NCBI GenBank assembly: GCA_965219085.1
Contig: OZ244720.1
Coordinates: forward strand, 800,001 to 864,000
Origin: Dehalococcoidia bacterium
Lineage (GTDB): Bacteria; Chloroflexota; Dehalococcoidia; UBA2979
Direction: 5' to 3'
DNA: 64,000 nucleotides
This document shows positions 21,070-33,700 of the stretch, one piece after another; the stretch's first letter is position 1, and the number at the start of each line of letters is the position of its first letter. The position numbers and the translations under genes were made by a program. The notes beneath the pieces were generated by a model, which worked only from the letters and a program-made list of their open reading frames with translations, was not told where the DNA came from and did no database searches.

Positions 21070-21160
21070 GTACGCCCCCGGCCGCGCCGTAAGCGACCTT
21101 CGTCGCCGCGGCAATGGGGAACAAACAGGACGGCCCCGGCGTCACGAGCGTCCTCGGAGG
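21070..21160 (+). repeat. Relic of the 3' end and trailer of a paralogue of giant protein 4
   Basis: acgcccccggccgcgccgtaagcgaccttcgtcgcc...caggacggccccggcgtcacgagcgtcctcggagg matches the reverse complement of 41430-41517. Confidence 0.8.
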
Positions 21161-21356
21161 GCGACACGGACCTGCCCAGCGGCAGCTCCACCCGAGGCCG
21201 GGTCGTGGTCGGGGGCTCGGCCACGGGCGCCATCGACGCCTTGCAGGGCAAGAGGAAAAGCCCGAGCGGACACGCGGCGCTGGGGCATCCTCCCCCTGTT
21301 AGGCGGCCCTCGCGATCAGGAGCACGTCCGCGACCGCCGCCGCCCGCCTGCGCACC

Positions 21357-21665
21357 TTGACCAAAATGTATTATGTCATTGACACACATCGTGCGCGCCC
21401 GGTTCCCTTGTCCCGCCCGGAGAAGAAGCAGCAACCCGCCGGCTGGCCCGGCGGGACTTTTTGTACGCACGCAGAGGTGTTGGCATGGCGCTCGACCGCT
21501 CCACCGCCGCAGCGTGCCGCCGGGCTCACTCCGTCCGTGGCGCCCGCAGCCGCTGCGGCGTCGACGTGCTTTACCCCTCCGTACATGCGTTCTGTCGCCT
21601 GGCCTCCCGCCTCCGCGCCGCAGACGTGAGCCGGGGCCCGGCCTCCGGCGTGCGGCCTGCGACAT
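21357..21665 (+). promoter_or_regulatory. Conserved motif copy B plus ~300-nt conserved 5' leader containing a terminator-like hairpin
   Basis: ttgaccaaaatgtattatgtcattgacacac; hairpin cccgccgg-ctggc-ccggcggg followed by acttttt (21435-21462); leader homologous to 50265-50557(-). Confidence 0.7.
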
Positions 21666-21715
21666 CATGGCTCCCTCCTGTCTCGGGATCAGATTGTTGA
21701 TCACGCCACAAGTCC

Positions 21716-24700
21716 ATGCGTCGTGCTGCGCTTCGTGGGGGCGGGCACTGTGAGCGCCTCAGCCAGATGACCAGCAGCCGACGACGCAGGGCGGCGGGGA
21801 CTGTTCTGGTCGCGCTGAGCGCGGTCGCGGCCTGGGCGATCCTGTTCCTGCCGGTCTCAGCTCAGGCCAGCACCGACGCCACGCTCAGCGCGCTCACGGT
21901 CAGCCCCGAGAACATCGAGGATTTTGACAAGGACACGACCGAGTACGCCGTCGCCGTCGAGAATTCGGAGACGGCGGCCACGCTGACGCCGACCGCGAGC
22001 GACTCCGGCGCGACGATCAGCGTCGGGGGCACGGCGGTGACGAGCGGCAGCGGGCACCAGGTCACGCTCGCGGAGGGCCACAACGTCGTCGAGATCGTGG
22101 TCACGGCCGCCGATCGGACCAGCACCAAGACCTACACGCTCACGATCGTGCGCTTTGCCGAGTACGTGCACAAACTCGTCGATGATATCGGGATCATCCC
22201 GGAGCTCATGGTTGGATCGCGAACCCTGCGCGGCATCACGTCCGACGGCGAGACCATGTGGGTCGTGTCGCCTGCCGACACTGACTGGGTATACGCATTC
22301 AAGATGGCGACCGGCGCGCCCGACTCATCCGGGCACATCAACGTGCACGCCCTCACCCATGCGGATGAGGGTGGCGCGCCGCCCAACTACGCCCCCCAGG
22401 GGATCTGGGTCGGCGACCGGATCATGCTGCTCAGCAACAACTCAACAACTATTCCCACGCTGTTCGCGTACAGATTCGACCCCGCTTCTTCGAGCTGGAG
22501 CCGCGCGCAAGGCGACGATGTCACCGCCACGAAGGACGCCAGGAACACCAGGCCAAGAGGGATCTGGTCCGACGGCCGCTTCATTTGGGTAGCCAACGAC
22601 GGGCTAGCCCGTACCGGTGAACAGAAGAAGATCTTTGCCTACAACTTGGACAACGAGCGAGTCGAGAGCGAGGACTTCAACACGCTGGCCGCCGGAAACG
22701 AAGAGCCCAAGGGTATCTGGTCGGACGGCGAGATCATGTGGGTGGCGGACGCAGACAAAACGATTTACGCCTACGACATGCTGACCAAGGAGCATTTGCC
22801 TGCGAAGGACTTCCCAGCGCTCAGTGCGGCCGTGTGGGGCATCTGGTCGGACGGCGAGACGATGTGGGCCTTGAAACCCAGCGGCAGCGACGGTGAAATC
22901 AGGTCCTACGTGATGCCGCGTTCGTCGAACGCCGACCTGAGCTCGGTCAGCCTGGATGGGATGGAGAACCCGCATTTCGACCCGCAGGAGACCTCGCTGA
23001 CCCTGGCGACCGACGACCTGACGGCGGTGGTCACGGTCGTGGCGCGGACGCGCCACTTCCGCGCCCAGGCGGCGATCACGCCCGCCGACGCCAACGCGAC
23101 GATGGAGGGACACCAGGTCAACCTGGCAACCGATACCGAGGTCACCGTCACGGTCACGGCGCAGGACGGGACGACGACGAAGACGTACATATTCGAGATC
23201 GGTACCGCGCCGGGGGCGCCCTCGGTCACCTTGACGGCCAATCTTGGATTGATCAGCGTCGACTGGTCGGCGCCCTCCGCCACCGGCAGCGACGACATCA
23301 CCTCCTACGACGTGCGCCATCGCCGCGCCGGCGCCTCCGGCGGCTGGACGCTGCTGGAAGATGTCGGAACCGTGCAGAGCGGCGGCACGTTCTCGTACAC
23401 GATCCAGAATCTGACCGGCGGCCAGGAGTACGACGTGCAGGTGCGGGCGCGCAACCGGATCGGCGCCGGGCCCTGGTCGGCCAGCATGACGGCGACACCG
23501 CAGTCGGCGACGCCGCAAAGCGCGCCGCGGTCGGTCATGGTCGGCGCCGTCGACGGCGAGCCGTCCCTCAACGTCACCTGGTCGGCGCCGGCCGATGCCG
23601 CCAACTACACGATCAGCGGCTACGACCTGCGCTACATCCTGACCTCGGCGGACGAGTCGGCCGACGCCAACTGGACGCTCGTGGACGACGCCTCGACGAG
23701 CGCCGGCTCACGCTCGTACAAGATTGAGAGCCTGCGGCCAGGCGAGTCCTACGACGTGCAGGTGCGGGTGGCCAACAGCGCCGGCGACGGACCCTGGTCG
23801 GCCACGGTGACGGGAACACCGAACGGCCCGGAGGTCAGCATCACAGCGAGCCCGACGACGGTGACCGAGGGCGAAGACTTCTCCCTCACCGTGGAGCGCA
23901 GCTTCAGCACGGACGCGGCGCTCGTTGTGACGGTCAACTTGAGCGAGAGCGGGGACGTGATCGTCGAGGCGGGTGAAGGCGAGATGACGCTCACGATTCC
24001 GGCCAACCAGACGGCATCGCAGCCGAGCTCCCAGACGACGCAGGGGGACTCCGATTGGGAAGCACACTCCACGGTCACGCTCGCGATCGTGGCCGACAGC
24101 GCCTACACGATCTCCGCTTCAGCCGGCTCGGTCGCCGTAGTGGTGCAGGACGACGATTTCCCCGCGGCGACGGCGGAGATCAGCGTCGATCCGGCGAGCC
24201 TCGCGGAGGGCGACTCGGTGACGGCGACGGTCACGGTCACCACCGCGCGGCTGGAGGAGCCGCATGCGGACGGCGGGGAACTGCTCGTCACGCTGGGCGG
24301 CACGGCGACATCGGCGTCCGACTATGCCGCGGTCACGACGGCGGAGGCGACGCTGAACTTCGTCGTCGCCGACTTTGCCGAGACCGACGTCAACGGCACG
24401 AACCTGTACCGCGCCACGAAGACGGTGACGACGACGGTCGTGGATGACGAGGACCAGGAGGACGCGGAGACGATCGTCTTCACGCTCGGCGCCGTGACCA
24501 GCGGGACCTCCCCGACGGCCGCCGCGATCAGCCTGGGGACCAGCAGCGCGACCGCCACGATCAGCGCCAGCGACCAGCCGGCCGCCTCGACCGACGCCAG
24601 CCTGAGCGGGCTGAGCCTGAGCGCGGGCGCGCTTGTGCCGGGGTTCGGCAGCGACATCTTCGAGTACACGGCAGACGTCGACTACGCGGCCCATCAGATC

Positions 24701-27700
24701 ACGGTCACGCCGGCGAAGAACCACGGGAGCGCGACGGTTGAGTTCCTCTACAGCAGCGACGCCGCCATCGATGACGCCAACGACGACGTCGAGGGTCAGC
24801 AGGTGAACCTGAACGTGGGCTCGAAAGTCATCAAGATCAAGGTGACGGCGGAAGACGGAGCCACGATCCTGACCTACAGCGTGACGGTCACGCGGGCGAC
24901 GCCCGAGGTCAGCATCTCCTCCGTCGGCTTCGATACCGAGGGCGACGCCGCCGTGTTCATCGTGAGCCGCAACGTGGCCGTGCCGGAGGAGCTGACGGTC
25001 GCGATTTTCGTGAGCGAGACGGGGAACATGGTGCCGGCGGGAAGCGGGGGCGCGGGCCAAAGGACTGTCAGGATCCGGAACGGAAACGCTTCGAGAAGCC
25101 TGAGCGTCACCACCACCGGGAACGAGACCTGGCAAGCCCACTCGACCGTGACTGCGGACATCTTGCGCAGAAGCCATTACTCGATCGCGACGGGCGCCGG
25201 CACAGCCCGGCGCGTGGTCGCGGACGACGATTTCCCAGCCGCTACGGCAGTCCTGGACCTCCCGCCCAACCCGGTTGGGGAGGGCGATCCGATCACGGCG
25301 ACGGTGACGATCACGACCACGCGCGACGAGATGCCGCACCGGGCGGGCGGCCAGATCCTGGTCAGCACCACCGACGGGACGGCGACGGCCGGCGCGGACT
25401 ACACAGCTCTCACAGAGGAGACGGGCACAGTCGAGTTCGACGACAACTTCAGCCGAGTCGACACCGGCGGAGGAGTGATGCGCTACCGGGCCAGCCGAAC
25501 GCTGAACATCGCCACTCTTGATGACTCGAACCAGGAGCCAGCGGAAACGGTCGTCGTTTCGTTGGCGCCGGTCAACACGGGGTCATCGCAGACCGCCCCC
25601 GGCATCATCGTGCCGACTGGCACCCAAACGGCGACGATCAGCGCCAGCGACCAAATAACCGCCTCCGACGACGCCGACTTGAATGGGCTGACGCTGAGCG
25701 CCGGCACGCTCTCGCCGGGGTTCAGCAGCAGCGTGCTGACATATACGGCGCAGGTGGACTACGAGACCGAGCGGATCACCGTCACGCCGGCGAAGAGCGA
25801 CGGCAACGCGCGCGTTTCGTACCCCAACACCTCGGACGCAGACGCCGTTGCCGCCGGTCACCAGGTCAACCTGGCCGTGGGGTCAAACGAGATTCAGATC
25901 AAGGTGACGGCGGAAGACAGAACCACGACCCAGACCTACAGCGTGACGGTGACGCGCGCAGCCGCATCCAGCGACGCCACGCTCATCAGCCTGAGTCTCA
26001 GCGTGGGCACGCTCGACCCGGCGTTTTCGGGCAGCACGACGTCCTATACGGCGGCAGCGGCCTACGCGGTCACACGGATCACCGTCACGCCGGCGACGAG
26101 CGACACCGACGCGACGGTCGACTATCCCACCACCACGGACGCCGATACCAACGCGGCGGGACACCAGGTCGCCCTGGACGTGGGTTCGAACCAGATCCAG
26201 ATTGAGGTGACGGCGCAAGACGGGAGCACGACCGAGACCTACAGCGTCACGGTCACGCGAGCAAAGCCGGTGGTGAGGATCGGCTTTGGCCCCGCGGTCA
26301 GCATTGGTCTCCGCGCGCTGGAGATTTTCGAGGGCACCGAACTCGTGTTCACCGTGCACCGCAACGCGGCGGTGGCCGAGAGCCTGTACGTGAAGGTCTC
26401 GATCAGCGAGCTGGGGGCGATGGTGCCGTCCCACGCAGAGGGCCGGAAGACAGTCACGATCGACGCGGACAAGACCTCGGCCGGGTTCCGGGTTGCGACC
26501 GTCGGGGACACGGTCTGGGAGGCTCACTCGACGGTCACGGCGACGATCGATGCGGACGACGCCTACACGATCGCTTCGGCGCAGGGCACCGCCTCGATCG
26601 AGGTGCTGGACGACGACTTCCCGTCCGCGACGGCGGAACTGAGCGTCTCAGAAACCAATGTCAACGAGGGCGACGTCATCGATCTGACGGTCACGATCAC
26701 GACCACGCGAGACGAGCAGCCGCATGGGAACAGCGGCGATATCGAGATCAGGACCCAGGACATCGGCACTACGGCTTCGGACTACGTCGTGATCGTGCCC
26801 GGCGGGGGCAACCTCGACTTCACCGCGCGCAACCTCGACTTCGACGCGGGTGACTTCAATCGCCTCGATATCGGCGGCGGCACGATGCGTTACCAAGCAG
26901 ACAAGACGGCCACGCTGCTGATCGTGGACGACACGGAGCAAGAGGTTCGGGAGGAACGGTTCTTCGTCAGCATCGGACAGGTGCGTTCGGGCGATTCGCC
27001 AACGGCCAACGGCATCTCGGTGTCATCGGGCCGGACGATTGTTACGATCAGCCCGAACGACCAATCGAATGATGCGACATTGGCCAGCCTGAGCCTGAGT
27101 CCGGGCACGCTCACGCCGGGTTTCTACAGCGGCACGCTCGTCTACAGCGCGACAGTCGGGTACGAGGACGAGCAGATCACCGTCCAGGCGACGCTCAGCG
27201 ACAGCGACGCTAACCTTGAATATCTCGACAACAACAACGACGCTCTCCTCGACGCCGGCAACGCCAGCGACCACCAGGTGAACCTGGACGTGGGCGTGAA
27301 CGTCTTCAAGATCAAGGTCACGGCGGCGGACGACGCCACGACCCAGACCTACACGATCACGGTCACGCGGGCCAAGCCGGAAGTCAGCATCAGCGCGGAC
27401 GCGGCCACGGTGACCGAGGGCGACGGGTTCGACTTCACGGTCACTCGCAACGCGGCGGTGGATGAAGCGCTGGAGGTCAAGATCAACATTGCCGAGAGCG
27501 GCGACATGGTCGATGACGGTACCTACGAGGGCGACCAGACCGTCACGATCGCGGCCGGTCAGACGTCGACCACGTACACCATCGCGACCGAAGACGACTC
27601 CGCCTGGGAAGCGCATTCGGACGTCTCGGCGACGATCACGACCGACGACACCTACACGATCGCCACTGGCGTGGGCGCGGTCACAAAGCAAGTGCTGGAC

Positions 27701-30700
27701 GATGAGTTCCCCTCTGCAGCGGCGGTCCTCAGCGTCTCGCCGGCGAGCGTCGAGGAGGGCGGCACGGTCACGGCCACGCTCACCGTCACCACGGCGGACA
27801 ACCAGATGCCGCACCGCAACGGGGGCGACATCCAGGTCAATACGGCGGACGGCACGGCGACGGCGGGCAACGACTACACGGCGGTCTCCTCGCAGCGGGT
27901 CAGGGTCGAGGCCGACGAGTTCGTACGGGCTAGCGTCGGCGGAGCCACCCGCTACCGCTTCGAGGAACAGATCCCAATCCAGATCACGGACGACAGCGAT
28001 AGCGAAGGCGCCGAGATGTTCAGCGTCAGGTTGGCGCGGCGGCTGTCCGGTTCGTACGCGACGGTGACGGCGATCAGCGTCGATACGGCCGCTTCGACGG
28101 TCACGATCAACGAGAACGACCGCTCCGGCGTGGCCACGTTGAGCGGCCTGACCCTGAGCACGGGCGCGCTGTCGCCGGGATTCGGATCGGGCACGCTCGA
28201 CTACAGCGCCAGCGTCGGCTACGGCACGAACCAGGTCACCGTCAGACCGAGCAAGAGCGACGCGACCGCGGAACTCGAGTACCTCGACGGCGACGGCAAC
28301 GCGCTTGACGACGCGGACAGCAGCTCCAGGTTCCAGGTCGACCTGGCTGTGGGGATGACCGTCTTCAAGATCAAGCTGACGGCCGAGGACGGCTCCTCGA
28401 CGCAGACCTACACGATCACGGTGACGCGGGCGAAGCCGGAGGTCAGCATTGAAGTGGCGGCTGACGAGATCAAGGAATGGCAGCCGGTCGTGTTCACCGT
28501 GAGCCGCGACGAATCCGCGCCCGAGCCCCTCGACGTCATCGTCGAGGTGAGCGAGTCGGGCACGATGGTGTCGGCCGCCAACGAGGGAAGCACCACGGTC
28601 ACGATCGCGGCCGACGCGACCTCGCAGACGCTTGAGCTGCCGACCGTGAAGGACGACGACTGGGAGGAGCACTCGACGGTCAAGGCGGAGATCACGGACA
28701 ACGACGCGTACACGATCGCGTCCGGCGCTGCCACGGCCTCGAAGCAGGTGATCGACAACGACTTCCCCCGGGCGACGGCCGTGCTGCGCGCCGCGCCGAA
28801 CCCGGTCGCGGAGGGCGGCACGCTGACGGCGACGGTTTGGATCACCACCCTTGAGGAGCAAATGCCGCACACCGATGGCGGCGCGATCGTGGTCGGCACC
28901 GCGGTCGGCACAGCGTCGGCCGCCGACTTCACAGCCCTGACGACCGCGACCGGGACGCTTGAGTTCGACGCCGGCGATTTCAGCCGGGAAGACATCGGCG
29001 GCGGAGATATACGCTGGGTCGCCGGGCAGGATGCGACGGTGGCGATCACGGACGACAGCGACCAGGAAGACGTGGAGCGCTTCACCGTCACGATGGCGAG
29101 AGTCCTTTCAGGCCAGTCGAAAACCCATGACGCGATCACCTTCGGGGTCAATTCCGGCTCCGTCGAGGTCAGGATCAGCTCCAGCGACCAGCCGACCGTC
29201 TCAACCGACGCCTCGCTGGGCGGCCTGACCCTGAGCGCGGGCAGGCTCACGCCGACGTTCGCGAGCGCTACAACTTCATATAGCGCTTCAGTCCCGTACC
29301 CGGTATCGGAGCTGACCGTCACGGCGGCGACCGGCCACGCGAAGGCAAACATTGACTACCTGGACAGCAGCGACGCCAAAATCACGGACGCCGACGACAA
29401 CACCGACGGTCAGCAGTTGAAGCTAGCCGTAGGCACGAACGTGATCAAGATCAAGGTCACGGCCGAGGACGCTACCACGACCACTACGTACACCCTGACG
29501 ATCACGCGCGCGGCCGCCTCGACCGACGCCAACCTGAGCAATCTGACCCTGAGCGCGGGCACACTGTCGCCGGGCTTCGCGGCCCCTACAGCCACGTACG
29601 CCGTGTCCGTCAGATACGACGTGACGCGCATCACCGTCACGCCCGTGAAATCGGACGACAACGCAACGCTTGACTACCTGGACAGCAGCGACAATGTCCT
29701 CGCGGATGCCGACGACAACGCCCCCGGTCAGCAGGTGGACCTGGCCGTGGGCGGGAACGTGATCCAGATCGAGGTGACGGCGGAGGACGAGGCCACAAAC
29801 CGGACCTACACGGTGACCGTGACGCGAGCCAACGCCAACGCGGCGCCGTCGTTCAGCTCATCGGCGACGTTCGACGCGGCGGAGAACCAGACGGCGGCGG
29901 GCACGGTGCTGGCGACGGACTCCGATGCGGATGACGACGTGACGGGCTACGCGATCACCGGCGGCGCGGACCAGGCGTTCTTCTCGATCGGGGCGACCTT
30001 GGGGGCGCTGACCTTCGACGCGGCGCCCAACTACGAGGACGCCCAGGACCAGGGGAGCAACAACACCTACGTGGTGGAGGTGACGGCGACGAGCGGGACG
30101 GGGACGCGGGAGAAGACGGCGACGCAGACGATCACGGTGACGGTGACCGACGTGAACACGGAGGCGCCGGACCAGCCGGGGGCGCCGTCGGTGGCGGCGG
30201 CGTCGGCGACCAGCCTGACGGTGAACTGGGCGGCGCCGGGCAACGCAGGTCCGGCGATCACGGACTACGACGTGCAGTACCGGGCGGGCACGAGCGGGGG
30301 CTGGAGCACGAAGAGCCACAGCGGCACGGCCACAGCTACGACGCTGACGGGCCTGTCGGAGGACACCTCCTACCAGGTGCAGGTGCGGGCGACGAACGAC
30401 GAGGGCACGGGCTCCTGGTCGGACGCGGGCAGCGGCACCACGGACGCCAACGCGGCGCCGTCGTTCAGCTCCCCGGCGACGTTCGACGCGGCGGAGAACG
30501 GCACGGAGGTGGCCATGGTGATGGCGTCGGACAGCGATTCGGAAGACAAGATCGAGCGTTACGACATCACCGGCGGCGCGGATCAGGCGTTCTTCCTGGT
30601 CATCGCGTCGTCGGGGCATCTGGAGTTCAGAGACGCGCCGAACTACGAGGACGCCCAGGACCAGGGGAGCAACAACACCTACGTGGTGGAGGTGACGGCG

Positions 30701-33700
30701 ACGAGCGGCGCGGGGACACGGGAGAAGACCGCGACGCAGACGATCACGGTGACGGTGACGGACGTGAGCGGCGAGGCGCCGGGCAAGCCGGCCGCGCCGA
30801 CGGTGGCGTCGGCGTCGGCGTCGGCGACGAGCCTTTCGGTGAACTGGGCGGCGCCGTCCAACGCGGGTCCGGCCATCACCGACTACGACGTGCAGTACCG
30901 GGCGGGCACGAGCGGGGGCTGGAGCGACGCGGGCCACACCGGCACGGCGGTCACGGCGACGCTCACGGGCCTCTCGGAGAACACCTCCTACCAGGTGCAG
31001 GTGCGGGCCACCAACGCCGAGGGCACGGGCGCCTGGTCGGACGCGGGCTCGGGCCGCACGGACGCGAACGCGGCCCCGTCGTTCAGCTCACCGGCGACGT
31101 TCGACATGCCGGAGAACCGGACCTTGGTGGGCTCGGTGCGGGCGACCGACAGCGATTCGGATGATGACATCACCGGGTTGGCGATCACCGGCGGGGCGGA
31201 CCAGACGCTGTTCCGGATCAACGGGACGAGCGGCGTGCTCTCGATCACCCCGGCGCCGAACTACGAGGACGCGCAGGACCAGGACACGAACAACACCTAC
31301 CTGGTGGAGGTGACGGCGACGAGCGGCACGGGGACGCGGGAGAAGACGGCGACGCAGACGATCACGGTGCGGGTCACCGACGTGAGCACGGAGGCGCCGG
31401 GCAAGCCGGGGGCGCCAGCGGTGTCGGTGGCCTCGGCGACGAGCCTGAGCGTGAACTGGTCGGCGCCGTCCAACGCGGGTCCGGCGATCACTGACTACGA
31501 CGTGCAGTACCGGGCGGGTATGAGCGGAGGCTGGAGCGACGGGGGCCACAACGGCACCGCCACCACGGCGACGCTGACGGGCCTCTCGGAGAACACCTCC
31601 TACGAGGTGCAGGTGCGGGCGACCAACGCCGACGGCACGGGCTCGTGGTCGGACGCGGGCAGCGGGAGTACGGACGCCAACGCGGCGCCGTCGTTCAGCT
31701 CACCGGCGACGTTCGACGCAGCGGAGAACGGCACGGAGGTGGCCATGGTGATGGCGTCGGACAGCGATTCGGAAGACAAGATCGAGCGTTACGACATCAC
31801 CGGCGGCGCAGATCAGGCGTTCTTCCTGGTCATCGCGTCGTCGGGGCATCTGAAGTTCAGAGACGCGCCGAACTACGAGGACGCGAAGGACCAGGACAGC
31901 GGCAACACCTACGTGGTCGAGGTGACGGCGACGAGCGGCACGGGCGAGCGGGAGAAGACCGCCACGCAGACGATCACGGTGCGGGTCACCGACGTCAACG
32001 AGGCGCCTGTGGTGACGGGCGAAGTGCGGCCTACCTTCGAAGAGAACGGCAGCACGGCGGCTGCGACGTACACGGCGGACGACCCGGAGCGTGACACGAT
32101 CACGTGGACGGTGGACGACACCACCAACTTCTGGATTTCCGAGCAGGGCCAGCTCTACTTCCGCACACCGCCGAGCTTCGAAGGCCAGACGGCGTACCAG
32201 GTGACCGTCGCCGCCACCGATGACGACGCAAACACCCCCCTCTCAGACTCACTGTCCGTGACGGTCACGGTGACGGACGCGGAGGAAGAGGGTGTCGTGA
32301 CCATCGAGCCGCCCCGCGGCTGGGACGGCACAGTATTCACGGCCGGGCTGGATGACGACGACGGCGGCGTCACGGGCGAGACGTGGCAGTGGGCGCGGTC
32401 CTCCAACCGATCGTGCCAGACCAACATCACGAGCGCCACGTCTGACGCCTACACCGCGGATGCCAATGACGTTGGGCAATACCTGTGGGCGACCGTCTCG
32501 TACGCAGATGCCGGAGGCGCCGACAAGACGGCCTGTGCAGCGCTGACGGGGCGGATTGAAGACTCGGGCGACAGACCCACAACCAACAACGACCCCGCGT
32601 TTGCGGAGACCGCGCCCGAGCGCTCAGTCGGCCAGGGGACGGGCGCAGGACGGAGCGTCGGCGCACCCGTGCGGGCGACCGACGAGGACACGGGTGAGGT
32701 GCTCACGTACTCACTCGGCGGGACGCATGCCGCACTCTTCGACATCGACCCGGTCACCGGCCAGATCCGGACGAAGGCCGTCCTGGATTACGACCCTGAG
32801 GGGACGAACTCGTACTCGGTGCAGGTACGCGTCCACGATGGCTATGGGCCTGATTATGTGTCCACCGATGTCGGGGTTGACGCCACCATTGAGGTGACCA
32901 TCACGGTGACCAGAGTCAGCACGCGGACGCCCACGATCGGTGGCCCCACGGGCGGTGGCGGGCCCTCCGGTCCCTCGCCCAGCGAGCTCGACTTCGAGTG
33001 GACCGTGAAGCACGACATCGAGGCGCTCGCCGCCGCCAACGCGGCCGCCACCGGCGTCTGGTCGGACGGTGAGACGCTGTGGGTGGCCAACAACCCCGAC
33101 GGCGCCGGCGACGGCGTCTACGCCTACGACCTCGAGAGCGGCGAACGCGTCGAGGAGCGCGAGTTCGAGCTCGACGACGCCAACCGCGCGCCGCGCGGCG
33201 TCTGGTCGGACGGCGAGACCGTGTGGGTCTCCGACAGTGGCCGGGACAAGCTCTTTGCACACGACCTCGCCAGCGGCGAGCGGCTCCCCGACTCCGACCT
33301 CACGCTGCACCCCGACAACGACGACCCGCGCGGCCTCTGGTCCGACGGCGAGACGATGTGGGTGCTCGATGGCCGCGACGACGCCCTCTTCGCCTACGAC
33401 CTGGAGAGCGGCCAGTTGCTCGCCGAGTGCGCCCTCGACCCCGCCAACGGCGACCCCCGCGGCCTCTGGTCGGACGGCGTCACGATCTGGGTCTCCGACG
33501 ACGGCGCCAAGCGCCTCTTCGCCTACCGGCTGCCCCTCCTCCCGGAGGAAGCGGAGGACTCGGACGTGGAGGACGCCGATGCGGACGGGAAGGAGCTCGA
33601 GCGCGTCCGCGACGAGGAGTTCACAAAGCTCTCCCGCGCCAGCAACAACAGCCCGCGCGGCATCTGGTCCGACGGCGACGTGATGTACGTCGCCGACGCG

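Noticed and set aside
21373-21753. ORFs starting MSLTHI(M/V)R here and at 5696 as a conserved N-terminus
   Set aside because: The similarity comes from the ATG inside the conserved DNA motif and is lost right after it.
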